Below, in pieces: positions 27,987 through 39,739 of a DNA stretch of 64,000 nucleotides. The notes beneath the pieces were generated by a model. It ran no database searches. It was not told the origin of the DNA and was given only the letters and a program-made list of their open reading frames with translations. The stretch spans positions 21,948,001 to 22,012,000 of the forward strand of contig NC_135257.1 in assembly GCF_964204865.1 (NCBI RefSeq). The letters run 5' to 3'. Position numbers and translations under genes: made by a program. Within the stretch, counting starts at the first letter, position 1, and each line of letters starts with the position of its first letter. The DNA comes from Styela clava. Its lineage: Eukaryota.

Positions 27987-28033
27987 TGTCAAAAGTGGGA
28001 TTCGAACCCACGCCTCCATTCAGAGACCAGAAC
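27987..28033 (-). pseudogene. 3' half of tRNA-Leu (CAA-type), truncated
   Basis: Minus strand GTTCTGGTCTCTGAATGGAGGCGTGGGTTCGAATCCCACTTTTGACA = anticodon-stem 3' side, long variable arm, T arm and acceptor strand of eukaryotic tRNA-Leu. 5' half absent. Confidence 0.75.
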
Positions 28034-28437
28034 TTTACCTATCAGAGTTTATGAAAAGTTACTTTCAAATTTTCTGTAGCTTTAGGTTATTCCTTCCAGA
28101 TATCTGTTCAGAAAACAGAAAATTTATTTATTTTTCATCAGAAAATCGCGACTCTAGCAAAATCAAAGAACAATCTGCAAGATACGCAAATGTTTTTTTA
28201 AATTACGACAGCCGCAGCCATTTGAAACTTTTCCATTTCATGTTACTATTGACTGACTGTTTGGGTGATGAAACTACTGATGCTACAACCACTAAAATTA
28301 GATTAAGCCATTCGAATGTTATTGTAAACTACCATGAATCGTAAACGCCAATCACCAAAAGTCTGATTAAATCTGGTATTCATTCGAGAAACTGAAAATA
28401 TATCAAAATGTCAAATTTATTTTACTTTATTTCTCAG

Positions 28438-31059
28438 ACATCAGTAACATCAAATCAGAATTCAAATGGTTGGAAGAAAACGTTGATGAAAAAATGAAAA
28501 GCATTCATAGCTTTGAGAAAGCAATTTCAAGTTCGTAATATTGATACGATTATTCGTTATCCGAAGTTTCTTCAGTGTTTCTAACTTGACCAAACTTTGC
28601 ATAAGTACGTTTGATAACTAAAGGAGGTGGAATTTAAAAAAAATCTACTTTGAAATCTTGCTTTAAGGTATTACTGCCATGATTATTACTTTTAACTGTA
28701 TATGTCACGCAGTAATTTGTGAAATACAGAATGAAAATGCGGAGCAATTTGCCGAAATAGCTGACCTAAAACAGAGCCGTAAAGAACAATCAGCTGAAAT
28801 CGTTGACCTAAAGCAGAGCCGTAAAGAACAATCAGCTGAAATCAGGGAATTGAAGAAAGGTGTGTGTGGTTTATTTTAATCTAGTGAAATAGGAACTCTT
28901 TTTCTGTATGAAGTCTAGAAAATGGACGCTATTGAAAACATGCTTCTATGATTTTGACATTGAAATTGAAAAATCCGCATTGGAGACCAACACTTAGCAC
29001 AATACCATGTCACACAAAATTCCAAATATGTACAACGAACGAAAACGAGTTGAATTAGAAAAATGAATAACAATGAGTAGACTCGGCAATTCACATGCAT
29101 CCAGTGTTTTATGTAATATTTCTTTCTTTAGATTAGTCCGACTTGAAACGATGAACAACGAGCTACTGAAAGAATTGAACAAACAAAAGCAAACAAACAA
29201 TGAGATGAAGAAATGTAAAATTGCGCAAATATACCTCAGCTGATGAAATAAAATCATACTAATAATTTCAAATTTTTAATTCATAGATTTACAACAAAAT
29301 GGAGTACCATATGTACGTGAAAATTAGTACAGATAGATCTTAAAGACTTTTTGCTGTAATGCTGGAAATAGACTCTAACTTATGTATATTCTTCTATTCA
29401 GCAATGGAGCGGATTGAAGAAAAACTCTCTGCAACGGAGAAGCCTCGACAGGTTCAATCTGGAAACCAACAGATACCGACGACAACAACCAAAACTACAT
29501 TGAAACCGACTCCTTCCCCAGGTAAGCAATTATAATCAGAGGCGCTGTGAAGATCTTATTCAGGAGTTTGGAGTCGAACTTGGTTTCACCGGAGTCGAGA
29601 CTTGGGTAACATTTTTAAGCTTCCGGATTTCCCCGAAATTCGGGATTAGAAAATTCATTATTTCAATGGCAATAGTGAAAAGTCTAATTTTACAGAAACT
29701 CAAGTTATCAAGTTTACTTACCGTTGTTAACTTGACTATGCCCATGTCTTTCAACTCAAAGTCAAATTTTATTTGACGCTGCACTCGATTGTGAAGTTTC
29801 CTACCTGCACATCCCTGTTCAGAATACCACACTAATAACAACTTCATAACTGTCGTAAGAGTTTGTTTATAGTTAGCAAGAGTAAGATACTTTCTCTAAC
29901 ACCTAGCGATCTGTGTTCTAAGAAGATGTCTAACCAGACACCTATTGAAGTGTAATTTGCAATGTGTAAATTAGATATGGGAACCAATTATGGAGACAGA
30001 AAGTCCACGTTGATCGGTGCGGGCAAAATTTTTATTATGATCAATAATAACACTGTTTGAGTATGTAAAACTGCAAATGAAATTTCCTACATTTCAGAAA
30101 ACTGCAAATTGAAGATTAGAAATATCTGTTATATTTTCGTGATACAAAGAGTCAACTACGACAAAGCAGTTGATATTTGCAAGAAACGTAACGCAGATGT
30201 TGGTTTGATTCGAGATGAAGAATCTTACAATGCGATTATGGATTACCTGAGAAAGAATATTCTAAAGAGAAGGCCGTGGATCCACATATGGACTGGAATC
30301 CACTTTGATCCAATGGTTATTGTCATATGCCTGTTCTATTTATACTTTCAAAATACAATGATATGCTATTAGATGGGTAAAATGAAGGCAAATGCAATAC
30401 AACAACAGATATTTGAAAGTATCACACTAGCGATCTTAAAAGGCAACGATAACATTGTTACCAATCCGAGATATTTTATACATTAGAATAGTTGGACTTG
30501 CTGATTGAAGGAAACCATCTGTCCTGATGATTGTGATGGAAATATGTATGTCAAGTGTATAAGGAATCTGCTAAATGCTTGGTTTCTTCTTTTTCATTAC
30601 TGTAGTTTGCGCTCATAACACATCAGATCCTTTGAGTACAGGGGTCACTGTTTGAGGGTCCGTACTTTTGAAATGTAATACGTATGTACGAGTGATAACG
30701 AATATCTTAATCAGTGTTTAATTTTCTAAGAATTGTGCTGTTCCTAACAAGTTAATACCCAGCCACATGAACCTAAAGTTTTTTTCACAGCATATAAGAG
30801 ACTATTAAGAATTACAGTTGATCATGAATAATCCAACGATAATCTTCATCTAATAATTTTTACTGTTTGTTTTCAGACTCGTGAAGTCACACCTGCAGAT
30901 TCCTTTATTAAATGGCGTCAAGGTTCTCCACTCACGGGAATTCATTATAAAGATTCCACAAATGTTTATCTCCATATTTGGCACATGTTTGGATTACAAG
31001 GGATGGACAATGCTCCTACCTTTAAGCATCATGGAGTTATTTGTGAGATCCAGATCTAA
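28438..31059 (+). CDS. Lectin copy 3, body intact but lacking its own signal-peptide exon (pseudogene or alternative 3' cassette)
   Basis: Exons 28438-28530, 28713-28859, 29137-29214 (in frame only from the second AG), 29402-29521, 30098-30315, 30877-31059. AATAAA at 31134-31139. No MKISIV exon between 23.7 kb and 28.4 kb. Confidence 0.65.
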
Positions 31060-31535
31060 TAAACGTATGCCTATGATATATAAACCATTAATTCCCACTT
31101 TGAAATTGATGTCGAAAATTTATTGAGAGTTTGAATAAAAATAGCAAAAATTCTATAACAGTATGACCTATGTGTTTACATAGTTTTATCTGTCATATTG
31201 TTTCGTTTTACCAGTCTGACTACTTTGCATTATAAAAATATGGTTGTAAAATTCAGAGATTTTGATATTTGATTTATGCAATTTTAAAAACTCGAAAATG
31301 AAAAGTATTACAAACTTGCCTCATTAATTCGAAATAAATTTTGCTCCAATGTAACATATTTTTCTTTGTTTTTTTCGTCGTCTTTCTCAAAGGAATCGGG
31401 TTGAGTTAAAAATAGTTCAGACTCGTTTAATTAAAAGAGCTTATCACATATAAATAGTAAATATATTATTGGGACAATCCGCCAAGAATGTTTGACTTTC
31501 CCATAAGTTAAATAGGATTCGAAGCTAGACAATAC

Positions 31536-32276
31536 ATAGGAGGGATGGGGGAGGTAGGGCATTAGGTCGGGGATAGGAAGTCTGGAGGCGATAGGGCAGT
31601 TGGTGGAGGAAAGGGAGGCTGAGGGAGATAGGGCAGTGGGTGGAAGGCAGATAGGGCAGTGGGTGGAGGAAAGGGAGGCTGAGGGAGATAGGAAAGTGTG
31701 TCGAAGACAGATAGGGCAGTGGGTGGAGGAAAGGGAGGCTGGGGAGATAGGAAAGTGTGTCGAAGACAGATAGGGCAGTGGGTAGAGGACATGGAGGCTG
31801 AGGGAGATAGGGCCGTGGGTGGAGAATAGGAAGGCAAAGGGCAGTGGTTCGGGAATATGAAGGACGGGAGAGATAGGGCGGTAGGTCGGGGATAATAGGG
31901 CTAAGGAAGTAAGGAGCAGTGGGTCTAGGATGTGAAGGCTGAAGGAGATAGAGCAGTAGGTTGTAACTGAGAAGGATGACAGGTATAGGGCAGTGAGCAG
32001 AAGATATGGAGGAGATAAGGCAGTGAGTTAAAGATAGGAGAGCTTAGGGAGTTAGGGTAGTGCGTCGATGATAGGAAGCCTAAGGGAGATAAGGCAGTGG
32101 GTCGAAATCGGAAGAATGAAGGAGATAGGGACGTAAATCGGAAGGACTTGGAAGATAGGGTAGATTATAGAAGATAGTAAGGTTGAAAGAGATAGAGCAG
32201 TGAGTACAAGATATGAAAGCTGAGGGAGATAGGGCAGTGAGTCAAAGACACGAACACTGATGGAGATAGGGCAGAA
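31536..32276 (+). repeat. Purine-rich minisatellite, ~35-37-bp unit GGAGATAGGGCAGTGGGTGGAGGAAAGGGAGGCTGAG
   Basis: About 20 degenerate tandem units with extreme G/A strand bias. Confidence 0.9.
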
Positions 32277-32940
32277 AGAAACACACGCGTGGAGTTGATA
32301 GCAAAGAACGCATTGTTCGCTACTAATTAATTTTCGTATGTAGTTGGAAATAAATTACGTGCACGACTAGTAATAATTAAATATATCGTATAAAACTATA
32401 TTTTTCATACATTTGCCTATTCGGGAGTTACATGCCTTGTTTATTTCAATATTCGATCTCATCATATGATGATAATTTGGGCGCTCCAGAAGTATGTGCA
32501 CCATGATGGCGGTGGACACCGGAATGTCGCATGTGTACCAGGTTAGAGACAGCCATAATTTTATTTCAATTTTCCTTAATTTAGTTCTAGTGCGAGTTCG
32601 GTGATTAGCCAAGTGACTCCCGTAATAATTGTACTTAAAATTATGGCCTAAACCTAACCTGGTACACATACGACGTTCCGGTGTCCGCCATCTTGGTGCA
32701 CATACTTCTGGAGTACCATAATTTGTGCATGCTAATATAATATCGAGATTGGCTGTTCATATCATTACTATTACAAACTGACCGCCAATAGAAGTCATGT
32801 GTCATCTTAAATATATCTTGGCAATTCGATTTATTTCTTGTATATACGTATTCGGCTATATCTGCTTTTGCAATGCAATAACTCGGACTTGAGAGGTGAT
32901 TGTAAACGAAAACGATTTTTTGACAGCCCTGCCTAGTTTT

Positions 32941-32983
32941 TATTACTAAATCTCCGCTATAGGAGACCCTTATTATCGTTTTT

Positions 32984-33020
<37 letters not shown>

Positions 33021-33599
33021 GTGTCTAAGCAGTACCGTCTAAACGGCTGGGCCGATTTAGATGAAATCTCACACGTGGGTTATCTTGTCACCCTAGTAAT
33101 GTGCGTTTTATAGAAAGTCCGGATTGGATATTCGTTTCCATGGCAACAGCGAAAAAACGCGCCAATCGTTTGGTACACTGGTACACGGCGCGGCTCATTG
33201 TGCTAAGCGTTAGGAAACGCTCGCCACCGCATCTCTAATTACTCTGCGTGGGTTCGCAGGTTCGAATCCCATGCGGTTATGTGCGAGAGGATTGCTGGAC
33301 TCCTCGCCGTCGTAGGGTGGTTTACTTAATCGCTGGACGGTTACGGCTTCCTCCACCATCAAGTACATGCTTGACTAATCCCATACCCGACATGGACTGG
33401 TAACCGGACGAGAGGCCGTGGTTCACCATATGGTTAAGCCGTCTTATGAGCTTTCCCCTCCCCCGGGATAAATATGTAAATCCTATCCTATCCCACTTTT
33501 CTCGGTACAATGACGTCACCGTATTATCCTTTAGTAAACTGAAATTACGCGGGCCTCAAGTAATGGCGGAGATCCATATTGGGCGCCTACCGGCTTGTT
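32941..33599 (-). mobile_element. HINE/DINE-1-like element with (GTCT)n microsatellite, interrupted by a SINE
   Basis: Terminal stem-loop TCTCC-GCTATA-GGAGA, (GTCT)n at ~32986-33025, subterminal IR ATCTCCGC / GCGGAGAT. A similarly built element lies at ~53385-53930. Confidence 0.55.
33187..33493 (+). mobile_element. tRNA-derived SINE
   Basis: tRNA-like head with B box GGTTCGAATCC and (ATCCT)n tail; homologous to 54307-54645 and 54688-55010. Confidence 0.85.
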
Positions 33600-35413
33600 A
33601 TAATAAGCAATACAAAGCACTTATAGCAGAAATAGCATTTCGAGCTGAATTTTAAAAAATAGGTCACCGAAATGAGATTAAAGAAAAAAGACTACAAACT
33701 ATTCTATTGTTGTAAAATTGCACACACTAAACCACTTGTTGTCAAAGAAATCTACCACCTACTGAGCCAATTCAATGACAACTTCGGATAAACCAAATTT
33801 CGAATGCGACTCCAGTATAAAGATAATTTTGGGTCAAACTCTAAATAAGCAGGCGGTAAAAACAAAAACTTTGTAATTGAAGTCTTCGTGAATTATCTGT
33901 AGCTACTTTATACTGCCTTGGAGTTTCTGTAGGCTACATTTCTCTCCTTTCAGTAACTAACTACGTCTAAGTTGCCATTTCCACAGAGGTTCAAACATCC
34001 TTGTTCACAAAATTACCTACAGAAATAATAAATGATATATTACCTAAAAGTTTGGTAAGTTTGATGTCCGCTTTAGCAGTGTACGTCAGCTTGTATAATC
34101 ATTCAACTTTTCCATTCTCTCTTAACTTACAAATAATTTTAAATAGCTTTGCGTTGAAATTTAATAGCATATGAAACTCACTGCGATTTCTCTGAAAATA
34201 GAATATAGCAAACAACTAAAATTGACTCTGCGATGTCATTATTTATCACACGACATCGGTAATCCGAACTGCGTCAGGAGATAATTATGTGTATTCTGCT
34301 ATATATATCCGATTGCGGTAAATTTTTGGGCATAAAAGCGAGGCGACGAAAACATATCAGTATAGTTTGATATCGATTGCATGGAGACAAGTAGTTAATA
34401 GAATAGTTAGCATGATAGAAAGGGGTTTGAACTTGGTAATTTCTAGACGTGATTTACTACGATAATACCTTTCTGAAAGCAGAATTGTTGCTCTTCAACA
34501 CATTTGTTTGCTTTCGAAAAGTTAAAGACTGAAATATGAGTTTATATATATGTATTATATCTAAATTATGAAGCGACAAAAATGGTCAAACTCAAAAATA
34601 GACGAAGCGACAGGTAAGAATTAGTAAGTTTGCTATTTCTAGTCTGATGTTGCGTTTGCCTCAGGCGATGAAGTCAAACGAAACGATCGGCTTCGTGGTG
34701 TACGGTAAAGATAGACGGCTGTTTTAATTTATCATTGCTGACATGGTCTGGTCTATAAATGGCCAGAGACGACCCTTACTATAATTGGCCCTTTACGAAA
34801 CGGATTGCGCGGGCCCAATCTAAGTGGAGACAAGAAAAATAACCGAAAACTAAAGATTTTGTAAAGGAGAGCAATATAGTGCTTACGTCCTGTTACTTTT
34901 TAACTGTGTATGGAAGCAGAATTCAACCTATTTAGCCCTAGCATGAGCGCGAAGGCCATGGAGCATTGCGGACGTATAGTTTGCAGTGGCCTAAAGCCGG
35001 ACATGGATGTGGTCTATAAATATGTGCATGGTTGAAGTGATTTTACTTTCTCAAGTTGCGAGTACACATAAATTGCCCTGAAGAAACTGAGAACCAGTGG
35101 TACCTTATAGGTGGTGAACACCTCCATCCTCTGAAATTTGAAAAAAAAATTCATTCTAATTTTCAGGTGTGGCACCAAACTCCAATTCTTGGGTAAATAA
35201 AAATGTATACGAATATTCGGAAAGTGGCTCATATGGCGGTGAAGATCATTCCAATAACACATTTTTATCAGTTACAAATAGTTTTATCACTAATAGCAAA
35301 ATATTTACTACCCTCTAAATTTCGATTAACAATTAAAATATAAAGCTGGGGAACGTACTAATAAGAAGTAACTAGAAAAAAACACGATCCAGTCAACACA
35401 CTTACTTTGAACC

Positions 35414-35670
35414 ATGGTGCTCCGCTGGCTTTCCGAGCGTGCCAGGGATCATCAATCTTCTATGGAGCATCTGGACAATGCAGTAAAATACCGAACATTC
35501 GGAAATGTTAATATTGCAGCACAGTTGGATGAAGGACGCGCGGTTTCTATTCGTCGACACAACCAAAACGTCGAGAAAAACCGCCATGTTCTTGGTCGAT
35601 CGATAGATGTTTTGAAGTTCATTGGTTGTCACGAGCTGTCCCTCCGTGGGCACGATGAACGGGCTGGCTC
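35414..35670 (+). mobile_element. Captured internal fragment of a hAT (ZMYM1-like/DUF4371) transposase
   Basis: Encodes ...HQSSMEH...NVEKNRHVLGRSIDVLKFIGCHELSLRGHDE; no TIRs; absent from the paralogous site at 48835-48872. Confidence 0.8.
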
Positions 35671-35800
35671 ATTAGAGTGGCAACCTCCTCGTGGAAGTTT
35701 GAATGAGATTTGCAGCATTTCAGGGTTACGTATTGCTTTGGAATAAACACAAACAAATTTTATTCATTCAGTTATAACGTAAATATTCTGAAACCTCGAG

Positions 35801-38800
35801 ATGAAAATCTCAATCGTTTTGATCTTAAACTACGTCATCACGACATCCTGGTGTCAGGATAAAACAGTGTTCCATTGCTCAGACAAGCGCATTGATGAAA
35901 ATCTGCATGACAAGGAATTCCCGATTACATGCAAATCTATGAACGCTACTGAATCAAGTAATACTGGCAACTGGCTTCCTGTCGTAACTCAAAATAGTTT
36001 AGGTAAGTGAGAACTATTGAACATCATTTTAAAATAGTTTAGGTAAGTAAGAACTATTGAACATCATTTTAAAATAGTTTAGGTAAGTAAGAACTATTGA
36101 ACATCATTTTAAAATAGTTTAGGTAAGTAAGAACTATTGAACATCATTTTAATCGGCGCTCCAGAAGTGTATCTACCAATTGGGGGGGGGGGGGGGGGGG
36201 GGGGGTAACTAGTATTATTCGCCTACTTTACATCAAGTTGTATTAAGTGACTGAAACCCATAGGCATGGTGTATATTCACATGGCTAACACGAACAGTCC
36301 CGAGACTCGTAATAGAGCTAAAATAAGAGAAATCGAAAAAAAAAAAATATTAACCTTACATTAACTTAGTACACACGCTACGGGAGTTGTAGTTTTCAAA
36401 CAGTTTGAATAGTTTATAATATGTATATACAAATTGTATAGTCGGCTAATGCTAAGTTAAGAATATAATAATGCTACAGCTGAACATGAAGCACAAATTT
36501 TTTTCCTAAAACATCAAAATTTCTTTCCTAGGGAGAATTACCATCTGGTTTAATAGAAATTTGGATTCAAATTTTTTTAAGAGTTTATATCTGTTCTTGA
36601 GTAAAACGATATTCATTAGAGATTAACAAGATTACTTCCAGGGGAAACATTCATTTCTCTGGGAGGAAGAATTATAGGAATCTGAAAATGTCATATTTTC
36701 CACCAGAAATTCGCGAGAATCGTAACAAGATCGCAAAACAAACAAACGAAATGAAAGATTTTCGTGATAGAACTCTTCAGCAATCTCGTCAAATTGACAA
36801 TCTACTGGAGGAAAACAAAGAACAAAACTCTGAAATCAGGGACTTGAGGAAAGGTTAGTAGTGCGTTGTCAAAGATTGACCGTTAGTTAATTATTGTTTC
36901 ATTAAAATCTAGGACTTTTACAATTTAAATCTGTGAGAATTTGAAGTTGACCTTGATATAAACATTCATACGTTTGGAAATATGGTTTAAAATAAGTATT
37001 TACGATACTATTAGAATACTTTCATAACTATATTCATCTTACAGAAAGTCGCGAGTTACGGAATAAACTTGTGCTGCAATCAGCCGAAATCGTTGACCTA
37101 AAGAAGAGCCGTGAAGAACAGTCAAGAGAAATTGGGGAATTGAAGAATGGTTTGTGTGACATTTTTAATACGGAATTTAATCTATAGTGATATGGAAATT
37201 CTTTTTGTTGTATGAGATCTCGGAAAAATGGGTCATATTGTAAACATGCTCCTATTATTCCGATATTCAAACTTGAAAAAAAAAATGTGCAGTATGGAAC
37301 TTATACTGAGTGCAGTAATAGGTCACACAAAATTCCAAATCAGCATAACGAATGAACACAACTTGAAATAGAAAAATGAAGATCAATAAGTAGGATTGGT
37401 AATTCACTGCACCCGTTGTTCAATGTGATCTTTCTTTTGATACAAAATAATTTGCAAAAAATTAGATATTTTATTCAAATTTAGAGTATAGTCGAGTTAC
37501 AAGATCAACTGCAAACAAATTGGCTTTTTTGAGGCTGAATTGGACGACATTTTGTTTCTGGTAATCCTGGAAATTGACGCTAACTTATGTATATTCTTCT
37601 ATTCAGCAATGGGTCGGATTAAAGAAAAATTCTCTGCAACGGAGAAGCCTCAACAGGTTCAATCTGGAAACCAACAGAGACCTACGACAACAACCAAAAC
37701 AACATTGAAACCGACACCTTCCCCAGGTAAATTACGTAGTCACATATCCAGAAGTAGGCCTATATGTACCAATATAGAGGTAACTAGTTTTGTTTGGCTA
37801 CGTTACATCAAGTTGTGTAAAGGGACTGAAACCTATGGGCAGGGGTTATATTCACTTGGCTAACGCAGACAGTCCTCGAACTCGTAATACAACTAAAGTC
37901 GCAGAGCCGCAGTCGGAGTCAAGTTTGTTTCAACCCGGAGTCGGGAAAAGATTGTATTTCCCACGACTGCACAGCTCTATCCAGGAGACCAAACTGACAA
38001 CTTTATGAGTGACAGTATGTATATAATTGGCGAAATTAATTTAATTTTCCCTAAACGTCGCGATTTGTGCTTTAAGAAGATGTCTGGCCAGACATCTACG
38101 AATGTGGAATTTGCCATGAGCAAAATTAGACTTGGGAACCAAGTATAGAGGCAAAAGACATATTCATCGGGTCTGTCAAACTTGTTGTTGTGTTCAATAA
38201 TAAAACTTTTCAAATTTATAAATCTGTAAGCTAAATTTTTTACATTTCAGAGAACTGCAAATTAAAGATTGAAAATATGTGTTATTTTGCTGTGATACAT
38301 GATCCATGGGATGTCGACTACGACAAAGCAGTTGATATTTGTAAGAAACGTAACGCAGATGTTGGTTTGATTCGAGATGAAGAATCTTTCAATGCGATTA
38401 TGAATTACTTGGTCAAGTATACTCCCATGGGATTTCGGGGGATGATTATATGGACAAGAATCCGCTTTGATCCAATGGTTAGTGCCATACGTATGTTCTA
38501 TATATAATCGAGCAATTTTTAAATGCAACGATGACATTGTTACCCATCCGGGACTTTTTACACATCAGTATAGTTTGACTTGCTGATGATTGTGATGGAA
38601 TTAGGTGAGTTAAGTGAATTAGGAATCTGTTAAATATCTGGTTTGTTTTTGTTAATTACTGTAGATTGCGCTATTTAGCACATCAGATTCTTTGAGTAGA
38701 GTGGGCACTGTAGTTCCAGGCCTTTTAAATGACCTACGTCTGTCCGAGTTATAACGAACATCCTAATCAGCGTTTAATTTTATCAATCCCATGCAGCATA

Positions 38801-39077
38801 TAAGATAGTAGTGATAGTTACAGTGGATCAAGCATAATTCAATGATAATTTTCATTCAAACATTTTCATTGTTTGTTCTCAGACCCGTGACGTTACTCCT
38901 GCAGATTCATTCATTAAATGGTCAAGTCCATTTGACTCTTTTCCACGGATTGGAATTAAAAATAAAGATCGCACAAATGTTTATCTCCATGTTGATTCGA
39001 AACTGATATGGCACTCAATGGGTAATGCTTCTCCTACCTTGAAGCTAAACGGAGTTATTTGTGAGATTCAGATCTAA
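35801..39077 (+). CDS. Secreted coiled-coil + Pro/Thr stalk + CTLD protein, copy 4 (~331 aa)
   Basis: Exons 35801-36002, 36707-36853, 37045-37149, 37607-37726, 38251-38477, 38883-39077; all GT-AG and in frame (996 nt). Confidence 0.85.
35991..36150 (+). repeat. 4 x 40-bp tandem repeat spanning the exon-1 splice donor
   Basis: AAAATAGTTTAG|GTAAGT(A/G)AGAACTATTGAACATCATTTT x4; single copy in paralogue 5. Confidence 0.95.
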
Positions 39078-39132
39078 AGAAACGTCTGCCTGGTTGTATT
39101 TTGTTCCGCTTGATCATATATTTTAAACCATT

Positions 39133-39739
39133 TGAAACTGCCTCTTTCGCTTCATTATATTTTTTGTTGTTTACCACTGGAGGCGCTGGTGGTACATACG
39201 TTCACAGATTTTAGTGATTGTGACATCATAATACCCCGTGCGCGTTTGCTGCGCGCGCTGCTTCAGTACCTTGATTCGACCTTCTCAGGACTGTGGGATT
39301 TGTGGTGCAAGGTTTTCGTTGTCTGGAGATTTGTAGTTCCAAGGTTTTAATTGTATTTTCATATATTTAGATTTAATAACATTAACTTAATTTCAATAAC
39401 TGTCCCAATCAACTGTCGATTGTTTTGTAAGCTGAAAGCTACACTGTCAAAAAACCGTACTGCCGTACTTCCCGTACACGTATTGATGTACTCTCTTACT
39501 GACGTACTCTCGTATCCACGTATTGTCGTAATCACGTACTGTTGTATTATCATACCTATAACATCGTACCGACGTATCTTCATACACCTGTACTTTCCTG
39601 ACAATAAACGACATCAACTTGTACTGTTATACGCGTCTTTTTGCATTGGAGTGACAAAATCAGTTTACTAAAACAGATCGACCATCTAAGAAATACACCT
39701 GGTGTGGGCGCTAAAGGCACTCCAAATTTGGCGTCTACA
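39133..39739 (+). repeat. 5' LTR (607 bp)
   Basis: Matches 46243-46849 with one mismatch seen (39496 T vs 46606 G); AATAAA at 39603-39608. Confidence 0.97.

Noticed and set aside
31562-31837. Pro-rich ORF on the minus strand
   Set aside because: Translation of the minisatellite; no independent coding evidence.
35991-36150. CRISPR-like array (also considered for the LTR 8-nt array)
   Set aside because: Head-to-tail repeats without unique spacers of suitable length, no cas genes, eukaryotic context.
36182-36205. 24-nt poly-G run (also poly-C at ~8890 and ~17268)
   Set aside because: Homopolymer expansion within repeats (a much shorter run in the paralogue); length unreliable and no specific function supportable.
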